Source: Tubulanus polymorphus
Taxonomy: Eukaryota > Animalia > Nemertea
Assembly (NCBI RefSeq): GCF_964204645.1
Contig: NC_134028.1
Span: 15,941,653-16,005,652, forward strand
Direction: 5' to 3'
DNA: 64,000 bases
A program made the translations under genes and the position numbers. The notes beneath the pieces were generated by a model. It was given only the letters and a program-made list of their open reading frames with translations, was not told the origin of the DNA and made no database searches. Shown in pieces: positions 41,837-52,680 of this stretch (position 1 is the stretch's first letter; each line of letters starts with the position of its first letter).

Positions 41837-42357
41837 TGGATTCGTCCCCCAGGGGCGCCCCTGGGGGTGGAATTTCTATTTCTTTAAAACGCTACTTGTT
41901 CTACAGTTTTAATCAAATCAATTCCAAATTTGGTATGAATGTTCTCTGGACCTAGGCCTATAAAGTTACAGAGCCATTTTTTGGATTCGTCTCCAGGGGC
42001 GCCCCTGGGGGTGGAGTTTCTATTTCTTCAAATCGCTACTAGTCCTACAGTTTTAATCAGATCAATTCCAAATTTGGTATGAACGTTTCATGGACCACGG
42101 CCTATGAAGTAACGGAGCCATTTTTTTATTCATCCACCAGGGGGCTACCCTGGGGTGGAATTTTTATTTCTTCAATTTGGTATTAGTCCTACAGTTTTAA
42201 TCAGATCAAGTCCAAATTTGGTATGAATGTTCTATGGACCAATAACTACAGTACAGAGCCCTTTTTGGATTTGGCCAAAAGGTGGCACCCCTAGGTATGC
42301 AGCTTTATTTCTTCAAATCACACAGCGGGGCTATATAAGCCGATAGGCTCCTTGTTT

Positions 42358-43160
42358 ATATATTTTCTTCTCATTTAATTTGAATGTGGTTCATAATATC
42401 TTTCTTCACTAAATGATTGATTACATGTATCACATTTATGTAATTCTTTTTCATTCTTTAATTCTTCTAATTTAGTTTCTAATATATCATCTTTATATTC
42501 TAATTTCAATTAATTTTCTGAGGTATCATTATGTCTTGCTTTTTGAGATTTATCTATATTAATTTTACATGTTGGACAGTAGTACTTCTTAAATGCTTCC
42601 ATTTTAATAACAAATTTATTATTAAAATGGATTTTATTTTATTCGAAATCATGATGCCCTTTTTCATTCTTACCTTTATATATGCAATAGAAATCACCAG
42701 AACATAATTCTTCAATATCTTCACTAGATAATCTATGAAATCTGTCTGGTAAAAACGTTCTGAATTTATATTTATTTCCTTTTAATCCTTCATATTCTAA
42801 ATGGAATACTTATTTATCCCCATATCTATTAGTAATTGTTTCAATATTTGTAATTAACTATTTCTTAAAAATTCATAATTCTGTTAACTTTATAAATTTA
42901 TAATCTACTGATTTAGCATTTGTGGTATCTTTGATTCTAGGAATGATTTTTTATTCTCACTGTGTACTTGTACTATCTGTGTACTGTGTACTATCCCTTT
43001 TAATAACAAATTTTGTATTAAAATTGATTTTAGAAATTTCAAATTTCATAAATATGATATTCATATAGATGATATTCATAAATACGATATTCATATATAT
43101 GGAATTCATATATATGGAATTATTAGAGTTATTGTATATAACCTTCAACCTTTGTTATCA
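42358..43160 (-). mobile_element. Fragment (copy 3) of the AT-rich Polinton-like virus family
   Basis: 42640-42945 is homologous to the SSB-like gene 55600-55921; followed by a different ORF (MEAFKKYYCPTCKINIDKSQKARH, zinc-finger-like) starting ~42602. Confidence 0.8.
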
Positions 43161-43634
43161 AACAACTTATATACAATTAATCCCGTTCCTCAAAAATTAT
43201 TTTGATAGAAACCGCTGTCTAGTACCGAAAATATGTTTTATAGACCCAAGGAACTTCGTAACAGCTTTCTCCTCACAAATAACAGAGTTAAAAAGGGAAA
43301 CCACTTATACCACATAACCGCATAAAAGTTACACATTATACCTCATTAAACCACATAATTTTGTATCATTTTACTTAATCAATTTTCACCCCGCATAAGT
43401 CGTCATCGAATTAGTTGTATCATCATATTTCTCGTGTGATTATTTTGGTCCCGATTTTAATCATCTTTAAACCTTTTAACTCGTACTTCATATTTATATT
43501 CCCGTCAAAAAACGTTCCCTGTATTGACATAATAGCCAAGTTGCTTTAGACGACTGGCGCCCGCCATAAAGGTCTTTGAGAGTAAGCAAACCATCAGCTG
43601 GCGCCACCTACCCTGCTCATCTTTGTTTTACGTG

Positions 43635-44392
43635 CAGGGCTGCCAATGTCTCCGATTTCGGTGGAGTTTGTTACGGTAAAACCAGTAGAACTCCGGTGCT
43701 ACGGGAGTGGTGAAAATACTACACTCGAGCGTCGGTCTCATTCCGGTACTCCGCCGAAGAGTCAATCGAATACGCCCATAATCAATTTCACTCCGGTCTT
43801 CCGTTAGAATGCCAATCGAATACGCTCAAATCAATTTTGTCATTGTTAAATCCTATCTACAGAACGGTAGTCTTTGGTTTGTGCGCATGCGCAGTTATCA
43901 ATAAGCGATCATGAAATGTGATAGTAGGAGGTTGGATTTAGTGTTCACCTGTTAACATGGCGGCATCGTTGTCTGATTTGGATTTTTCGGCAAACGAATC
44001 AAATTCAGAGGATGATGAAAGCGAATCGGAAGGTGAAGTAACTGCGAGGAAGAGAAAATCCAAACAAGGGACTAGTAACGAACAACAGAATGAAAAAACC
44101 CGTGTCGCCAATCAAAAATTCAGAGCAGAATATACGTCCAAGTATCCGTGCATTGTTCCATCTCAAATATCAAATAGTTGTAATGCACTGTGTACTGTCT
44201 GTAACCTTGATTTTCTTGTTACACACGGTGTGGGTTGACAGATGTCAGGAAACGTTTCGGCTGCTGTCGTTTCGGCTGCTACTGAGAATCAATGATTTGC
44301 TACTATCACTAGAATGTTTGATTTTGCCCTGCTACTGACTATCAAAATTGTATTGTGTTGCTACAAAAAAAATTGTGAAGTTGGCAGGTCTG
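43635..44392 (+). mobile_element. Non-autonomous hAT-like element with BED-finger remnant and 6-bp TSD, nested in DIRS
   Basis: TIRs CAGGGCTGCCAA / TTGGCAGGTCTG; TACGTG on both sides; ORF 43957-44238 with KFRAEY..KYP.I...ALCTVCNLDFLVTHG. Confidence 0.82.
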
Positions 44393-45349
44393 TACGTGTG
44401 TAGATAAGTGGTCGTCATCAACTAACTTTACTGGCTAAATCGACATTTTTTACCGGTGAGAGCGATCCATCGATCGTCCCTTTTTATTAAAATCTTTTTC
44501 GGTCGGCAACGCCCTCCGTTTCCCGTAGTCGTGCCCGCTTATATAAATTTAATTTTTAGTTAATTCGTCCCTTTTTCATTTACGCCCTTAGAATCGGACG
44601 CCCTTAGTCGCCCTTAGAATCGGACATAAAAGATTTTAGATTTTTCACACCACAGGATCCGAAAATTCCGGGTTTTAGGCCGGTCTATTGTAATACCCCC
44701 ACCGCGTCGTTTAAGCCACACAGCCGTATAGACACAGATTTAGATCAGCTGGGCTTGCCAACCTCTCAGCCCTTAAGTATCCATATCCCGAAACTGGCAG
44801 TAAATGCCATGCAGGCCTTAGGGGAGTCGCTGTGTCAGATAGGGTCCTTCCAGGATACGTGTTTGATTGCGATACATGGAGAGCTAGAGGCAGTCAAGGA
44901 CTCGGGTTTCGCAGGATAATCCCGAATTGGATCACATGGCAGATCGGATCGCTACTTTGGAGCGACTGCTGCAGGCTATGAGCCGGGCTGTCTGCCATCA
45001 GGTTCCTCTGGCTATTAGGCTTCAGGCAAATTTATCCCTGTCGGTCAGGCATAGTTTCCTTAAAGATTCTAAACTACCTGATTCGATTAAGACATGTTTC
45101 TATAGGGCTCCAATAGGAACCTCGGATCGCTAAGCCCAATTTCAGGATTCCAAAAAAGAATGTATCCAACAATAATACCGAGTAGGCCTCCTTTCGATGG
45201 GGGAACTACCCAGGGTGCAGTTTAGGAGACCAGGCTGGTCTGGGTCCGACACTATGAATAGTTAAGGGCTACGAATTCGGTCTCATGGTAAAGGGAAAGG
45301 CCCTCAAAAGGGGAAGTCCTTTCTGCCGAAACCCAAAGTCGGGCAGCAG

Positions 45350-46500
45350 TGAAGGTCGGCCAGTGGGGGCCAGTGTCTTCAAGAATCGTCTCTGCGGGGT
45401 ATCGCTTGGAATTTAAAAAGAAACTACGAATGTGTCGAAACCCACCGGACATGAGACCCAAGAAAGGGCAAGAGTCCCATGTCCTCCCGGCAGTGGAAGA
45501 GCTGTTGGAGAAACGGTCCTAGAATTAGTTCGGGACCCCAACTCTCTCGGTTGGTACTCCCATTTGTTTACGGTACCCAAGGCATCCGGGGGGTCTCAGA
45601 ACAGTGATCGATCTATCAATCTCTCCCGGCGCCTCCACCGGCCCTGGTGGCGGATCTCATGTGGTGGACTCAACCTTCTAAGAGGCACGGTAACTGTCAA
45701 CCTTCTGAGAGGCACGTCCCTAGCTCCACTCAAGGCGCCGATTCATCTTTTCACGGACGCCAGTTTTTACGGATGGGGAGCCCATCTCGAGGCTTCTCGG
45801 AAGTCCGGAGCCTGGACGTCGAGGGAGAGAGGTTTGCACATAAACCATCTGAGGTTGTTAGCAGTGCAGAAAGCATTGCAGTTCTTCCACAGAAGACTGT
45901 CCGGGCACCATGTTTGGTTGGCCACGGACAACTCGACGGTCAAAGCCTATCTCTTGAATCAGGGGGAACGAGGTCTCGGACTTTCACGCGGTTAACCGCA
46001 GAGATCCTTCTATGGGTTCAGGCAGAGGGGATTTCGCTTTCGGTATCCCATCTAGCCGGAAAATTGAATGTGGTGGCCGACCAGTTGTAGCGTCAGGACA
46101 AGCCGATTCCTACAGAGTGGACACTGTCTCGGCCGGTAGCGGATCGAGTCAGGTCACTGATAGGTTGGCCCAATCTTGACCTGTTGCCAACCAGGTTCAA
46201 CACCAGGTGCCCACTGTTCTTCTGTCCATTCCCAGACGACCGGGCATGGGTCGTGGATGCGTTCTCCCTAGAGTGGGACAATGTTCATGCCTACACTTAT
46301 CCTCCTGTTCCCCCGATAAATCGGGTGTTGGAGCGGGTGTTGGAGCCGCGCAACTGCGTCTTGGTCCTCGTGGCACCTTGCTGGACGGCTCAGACTTGGT
46401 TCCCGAGACTTCTGAATCTTTTGTACGATCAGCCGCGTCGGCTCCCAACGTTTCCGACAGTATTATCCCGGGGGCGGTTCAAGTCTCAACCCAACGTGAG
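45350..46500 (+). pseudogene. DIRS RT (core deleted), RNase H and DAM-like methyltransferase domain
   Basis: GWYSHLFTVPKASGG then a jump to DLMWW; LFTDAS..GWGAHL, HINHL.LLAV, TDNSTV, HLAGKLNVVAD; DL..TRFN, DAFSLEW, YTYPP. Confidence 0.88.
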
Positions 46501-46517
46501 TTCTTGGATCTTCACGC

Positions 46518-47580
46518 TTGGCCACTGTCCAGCAATCCCTCGTGGATCAGGGATTTTCGCAAGGGCCTGCCTCGTTTATTCTGGCATCCAAGAGACCCTC
46601 GACAGGGACAGTCTATGATGCAAAGTGGGAATTTTTTCGCAATTGGTGCTCTGGGAGACAGGTGGATCCTCTCTGTCCCGCTGTAGCAGAACTAGCGGAC
46701 TTTTTTTTTTATTTTCTGTTTAATCAGAAAGGGTTTCAAGTGGTGACTATTAAAGGGTAACGATCGGCTATTTCACATACATATCGGTCCACCGGGGTCC
46801 CGGAGGTTTCCACAGACTCGAGAATTTCCCAATTGATTGCGGGGTTCACAGTGGCTCGCCCCAGAAAGGTGAGTGATATTCCTCCATGGGACCTTACAGT
46901 CGTACTGAAGTATTTGATGCGTCCTCCCTATGGACAGTTACGGGAGATTTCCTTGTCACTGTTAACTAGGAAGACATTGTTTTTGCTTTGTTTGGCTATG
47001 GCCGCTCGTCGCACAGAAGTCCACGCACTATCGGTCAGACTGGGCCATATAGTTTTCGGGCCCGAGGATAGATACATGATACTTTGTCCGGGTTTATCCT
47101 TCATAGCAAAGAGTCAGAAATCCTCAGCAGCAGCTAGATCGTGGAGGGTAGAAGCTCTGGGGCATAGGGTCTCAGGAGACTTACCCGACAGGATGTTGTG
47201 TCTAGTGCGCTCCCTGAAGAGGTATTTGGAAAAGACCAAGCAATTACGGGGCTCGAGCAAAGATTGTTTCTCCCGATAGTGAGGGATCGTTTGAAGGACA
47301 TTTCTAGGGACTCTGTGGCTAGGTGGTTATGTCAGTGATTAAGGAGACGTTAAACCATGAAGGTGCCCCGCCTCTCTCAGGAGGTGGTTTCGTACCAGGT
47401 GCGAGCGTTGGCCATGTCCTGGGCCGTTTTCACCGGAGTTCTCTAGACCAGGCTTGCAAGGCAGCTTTCTGGTCGTGCCCATCCATGTTCTCCTCATTTT
47501 ATCTGAGGGATGTTTCGGGGCAGTTAGGTAGCCTCTCTGCAGTGGGCCCTGTGGTTTTAGCTCAAGGGGTGAGAAAACCC
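46518..47580 (+). pseudogene. DIRS tyrosine recombinase
   Basis: ASKRPSTGTVYDAKW, PPWDLTVVL, KTLFLLCLAMAARRTEV, LCLVRSLKRYL, W..PSMFSSFYLRDV; stops and frameshifts. Confidence 0.9.
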
Positions 47581-48644
47581 CCAAAACTGTTTGATCATAC
47601 GGTCGCCACAGATCCATTTTTACCGGGTCCTGGGGATTGAGACACAGTCGTGGCGTTGTTTTGTAAGTATTACAAGATTAGTGTTCCATTAAGATACAGA
47701 AACCATAGTATTACCTTCGGGCCACACACGCATGGTTTGTGTATGTGTATATACGCGTAGGTCTAATCAAAGACCTTGCGTTCAAGGCATGGCACCTTTT
47801 GTTTATAGTTTTATCGATGATAGTAATTTAAGGGTCATCGTTCGGTGGTTGCGTAAACTCAGATTTTTTTAGAGCAGTAGAAAGCTATAAATGTTGGCAC
47901 TAGGGCAGATTGTATAAAGTGTTATTGTAGTTTTACGGGAAACAGAGGGTTGGCCTCGTAATTACCAATCTCTGTGGTTTCTCGTGCGACGTGGATAGAA
48001 AGCTCTCCGGTCTCACAATTTGTTGTAATGGGTGAGTGTTTTTCCATGTTTTTATTGTAGTAAATCGTTAACGATTTTAGACCTTGGTTGGTTGACGACT
48101 TTGAGATGCCCAGCCGTCCTTTTCTGTGGTATTCTGGCTATTATGTCAGTAAGGTACAGGGAACTTTTTTGACGGGATTATTTCATTTTTCGATTGAAAA
48201 ATTGTATTCCCTAAAAATACTTACCCGTACTGACATGCCGAATATACCCTCCCAGCCATCCCTGCTATCTTGAATTTATCTAAAACAAAGATGAGTAGGG
48301 TAGGTGGCACCAGCTGATGGTTGGCTTACTCTCAAAGTCGTTTATGGCGGGCACCAGTCGTCTAAAGCAACTTGGCTATTATGTCAGTACAGGTAAGTAT
48401 TTTTAGGGAATATAATTTTTCAATCAGTCATATCAGTTTTAGAAGCCAAATCTTCTGATACCATTCAAAATACCTCGTGTAAGTCATAGCCGGATATGCT
48501 GGAAGCAGATAAAGATACGCTATAAAATTATCTGTAAGTGTTTAGACAGTTTCAATGCAACTTTCTACTGACGTATTCTGCGTGGTGCACGTGGCAGCTT
48601 AAATTTATTGATCAAGGGTAGATTTCAGCGATGTAGGAACTGTA

Positions 48645-48983
48645 CATCCTCCCCCGGCAGGGATTCGAACCTGATGGCATCGAGATTGCCACGGCACGAA
48701 ACCCTGCCATAATCGACCGTGTGCGCAGATACATGCGCAGTTCAGATGATGTGATTTTTAGCCAATCAGAAATCCCGTTTTATTTTAGCCCGGGTTTTCC
48801 CATTTATAGTTCTTCCTTGAAATTTGCCTCAACGATTATACAACGAGCAATCTGATTGGTGCCGCCAGTTTTCGTTCGGAAAGCTGCGCATGTACCTGCG
48901 CACCCGGTCTACTGATGCAGGGGTTCGTGCCGTGGCTGAGTAGAGCAATGCCATCAGGTTCGAGCCCCTGCAGAGGGAGGATG
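48645..48983. mobile_element. MITE with ~100-bp imperfect TIRs containing tRNA-like Pol III boxes, 8-bp TSD
   Basis: Ends CATCCTCCC / GGGAGGATG; GAACTGTA at 48637-48644 and 48984-48991. Confidence 0.85.
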
Positions 48984-49129
48984 GAACTGTACTGTCAGCT
49001 CAGGATACGACCGGAACACGACGAACCATGCTGGAGTCTTGAATGTCGTATATATCGTATATTCACGGGTTATTCACGGAATTCGTATGAAACCACGATT
49101 TATAGATAACTAGAAATACGTAACTCATA

Positions 49130-49197
49130 CAACACGTAAGTCGTAGAAATAGAAAAACTATCAGTCCCGAGGGCTACGACTTACGTGGGGTTGACTG
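49130..49197. mobile_element. Right end of a Tc1/mariner/pogo-type MITE
   Basis: ...gctacgacttacgtggggttgactg followed by TA; subterminal cgtaagtcgtag copies; left end not found. Confidence 0.5.
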
Positions 49198-50871
49198 TAC
49201 ACCATATGCGCATAAATCACAATTTAGATGCACGACACACACGAACAAATCCAAAGCCAGAATGCATAATGTTTATTTATTTTCGCTGACATCGATCATT
49301 TGGGATCTCGTGATCGTTGGAACACATACCTCAGTTTTGTAATACGACCAGTGAAACTGTGCAGTCGTTTTTAATGGTTCTTGAGGAATGGCATCGTGTC
49401 ATGTATGTTTACCGCGAACCAAAGCACACCATATCCGATAAACGGGGTTAAATACACTGCAAAAATAGATCCGGCAACTTTGTATTCAAGATTATTTCAC
49501 ATTATATTGGGGTGAATCGTTAATTGATCTCAATAATATCAAAAGGATTTTGGAATAATATTTTATCAACAATTTGTTCGGATAGATTTATTTTACAAGG
49601 AGAATTAATATGCGGATGACTACATCACTTGGTGTAAACAGGCACCTTGCACCAAGGGTCGGTACCGTAGGTGTCTTAAAATTCTTTGTGCTGGAAAGGT
49701 CAGTGGGAGTCTTTGAATTTGAAAGGTTGGGAGACAATGTCCTTGAAAGCCTTTAATTTTTACAGTTAGACCGAAATTATCGCCGAGTTGTATGACAGTG
49801 AGGCGTGTGTTTATTCATTTACTGCAGATGTATTGCGTAGCAACAGTTGGCGTCTGGCCATATCAGTGTACCTACATTAATGACATTTTGACAGAGATTC
49901 CTTATTAACGGGGCTCCCTATGCATCACAACAACCAATCAGAGCCATGCGCACCTGCTAAGTAGTCCCGTCGATGGACTGTTTCGTAACACATTTTCCTT
50001 GCCAAACTTGTATTCTTAATCTATATTAATAGAAATATCAATTTGATAATATTTTGCATAGTAAAATTGATGTTTGGTGCACCAGTGATTGTTTTGGTGA
50101 ATAAAACGTGCATATGAATATATGTATGAATTTTACGCAATACTCATTTGCATATAGAAAACACCAAACAGGTTTTGTTTAGGATATAAGTATCGTCATT
50201 GTTCACAAAGAAATGGCATGGCCGTAGCCATTCCGCCTCATTGGCATCGTGAGGGGAGAATGAGCGTATTGCTTGCATTTCGTCATGGTGCTCTCATTTC
50301 TATTGGCTGCGGCTGCGAACGTGGTGTCACGATGGAATCGGTCTTAAATTATTTTGAATTTATCGGTAAAGAGGCTGGTGCGATATCGCAGCTCTGTCAT
50401 TGGTTCCGTGATTCGCCGATGTATTTGCTATGGATCATTCCTCTAAGCGGGATCGAATCTACTCGTACATTTCAAATTGCATCCCTATATCACTGACTGA
50501 TATATTTTGAACTTCGTCAGTTCATCTCATCTCTGCATTTCATAAGGCTGTGATAAACCTCTGGGCCCATGGGCAATTATTATTTTGAACGAAAAAAACT
50601 ATATTATAGATTTTCATTTAAGTTGTTATCGGTCCAATTATTATGAAAAATTCTTTGAAAGTGATACGCATTGGTCTGTCAATCTTTCTGAACTATAACG
50701 CTCCATATTTCACTCTAATGTTTAAGGACCATCATGGATGAAAATCTTCCGCAGATTTCGCGGTTGGAGGTCCATTTTTATCACTCTTGAGATTGATGTA
50801 GATCCATTGAGAAATCAATAGGTGGCGGGGGTAAGGGTCTTGGGGAAAAGTTGAGAGTAAGATCGTAGCAT

Positions 50872-51490
50872 CACAGGCACTTGAATATGGGCTTTGATAA
50901 TGGATAAATATTTGATAATTTACCAGCGATACGTTGTTCCTACTGCGATAGATCCGCCATGTATTATAATAAATTTACCCATGATGCAACGCGCGCCGGT
51001 CGTTTAGCTATACTATACAGAAAGGCTGGAAACGCTCCTATCTCTGTAATGCTTAAATCTACCCGCAGTTATCGGGACAGCGGTGACGTCACAGCAATCC
51101 CGAAGAGGCATCGCGAATTTTCAAAAATCAATTTCGTTGCCATTTAAAATCTTTAATGGTGCTAAAACAGTGTCAATGTTTCCAAAAAAATCATCTACAA
51201 TTGAAATTTTGGGCGCTCCTTATATTTCAGGATTAAAATTGACACTAAGGACGTACTTCGGCAATCATCGGCAGTGTTCGGCTGTCCCGATAACTGCGGG
51301 TAGATTTAAGCATCACGGAGATAGGAGCGTTTCCAGCCTTTCTGTATAGTATAGCTAAACGACCGGCGCGCGTTGCATCATGGGTAAATTTATTATAAAA
51401 CATGGCGGATCTATCGCATTAGGAACAACGTATCGCTGGTAAATTATCAAATATTTATCCATTATCAAAGCCCATATTCAAGTGCCTGTG
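50872..51490. mobile_element. Foldback MITE (619 bp) with ~210-bp near-perfect TIRs and 7-bp TSD (P-element-like ends)
   Basis: CACAGGCAC... / ...GTGCCTGTG; GTAGCAT at 50865-50871 and 51491-51497. Confidence 0.92.
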
Positions 51491-52680
51491 GTAGCATACT
51501 TAAAGAACAGGCCATTAAAGCGTCTCATAAAACCGGTGCTACGATCTCTGAAATCTTTTTTTACAACATCACTGCGCGGGAAATCTGTATTTAGAATCTG
51601 CGATCGCACGCTTCAATTCATCCAAGCATAGCCTACGACGTGCTCAATAAAAGTAGTCATTGTTTTAATTCAGGCACAATACGCTTGGCTTCAGTGATAG
51701 ATTGGAAGATTATAGATATAGGCTCCTCTTGTTGGGACTATTTATTGACAAGTATGAACATACATCATGGTTTAAGTTGTGTTCAGGGTTAAACCAATAG
51801 TGTACGTACCCACCTTACTCAGTAGCTATTTGTCTTTTACAGGGATTTAACAAGGAAATAGAAGACCTTCACCGAGTTCAAAAGGGTTATGCTATTCCAG
51901 ACATGGAACTTCGAGAAACGTTGATTCATGATAACAAACAGTACATCACTCCTGTTTATGAAAAATTCTATCATAAATATCAGTCTGTAAATTTTACACG
52001 GAATCCAGAGAAGTATTTGAAATATAACCCTACTGAAGTTGCAGAAATAATTGATAGATTTTTTGATTCAACAGCATGAACAAATTGTATGATTCACATA
52101 TATGTTATTTATATCCTCGGTAGCTGCTATTTTAATCTTTTAAGTGTTGGGGATATCATAAGTCAAAGCACTCATTATATAGCTGCTGTTGCTCTATTTT
52201 CCTCCACTGTAAGGGCTACTCTGAAAGCCTGGTAATTTCTATGTAATGTCTGTTTAATTAAAAGATTTTTTTAGCCAACAGCCCACACCACTTATTTCAA
52301 TTATTCATAGGGCTTTTAGTACACAGCATACCTCAATAAACTGAAAGAAATCATTTTCTGATTTCCTATCCGATTGATTTTTTCGTTCACTTAAAGCTGA
52401 CCTGGCTCTTTAAATGATTAATTTGTTCTTGCATCTAAAGAGATTTACTGTATTTACTGACTATTATAATGTATTATTATTCTCGAAGAATAAAGCTGCA
52501 GTTTGGTCTTGTTCATTTTTGAAACAAATAAATCAAACTTCGTACACATGCTTGTCCTAGTTTTTATGTTAATTCACAGTTATCCGTTTTTAGGCCACTT
52601 GGACCTTGATGTCTGATTTTGTCTGCAGTAAATGATAATTTTTCACTTACGTCACAATAACTTTTCACAATACGTCAAAT

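Larger units (their letters stand above)
39129..42356 (+). mobile_element. HINE/Helentron-like element with ~145-bp tandem repeats, complete ends
   Basis: subTIR tagctccgct / agcggggcta (42324-42333), 5' hairpin tgacc-gaa-ggtca, cgtccgttcgttc microsatellite, 3' hairpin agcc-gata-ggct then cttgttt; units at ~39212, 39358, 41880, 42024, 42167. Confidence 0.85.
43500..48425 (+). mobile_element. DIRS tyrosine-recombinase retrotransposon, internally deleted
   Basis: Left ITR ~43500-43629 inverted against right ITR ~48282-48425; ICR at 48136-48236 complementary to both outer ends; RT start, RNase H, methyltransferase-like and YR remnants in the canonical order. Confidence 0.93.

Noticed and set aside
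46518-47580. Phage integrase or bacterial contamination
   Set aside because: The tyrosine recombinase sits in canonical DIRS context with RNase H, methyltransferase-like domain, ITRs and ICR.
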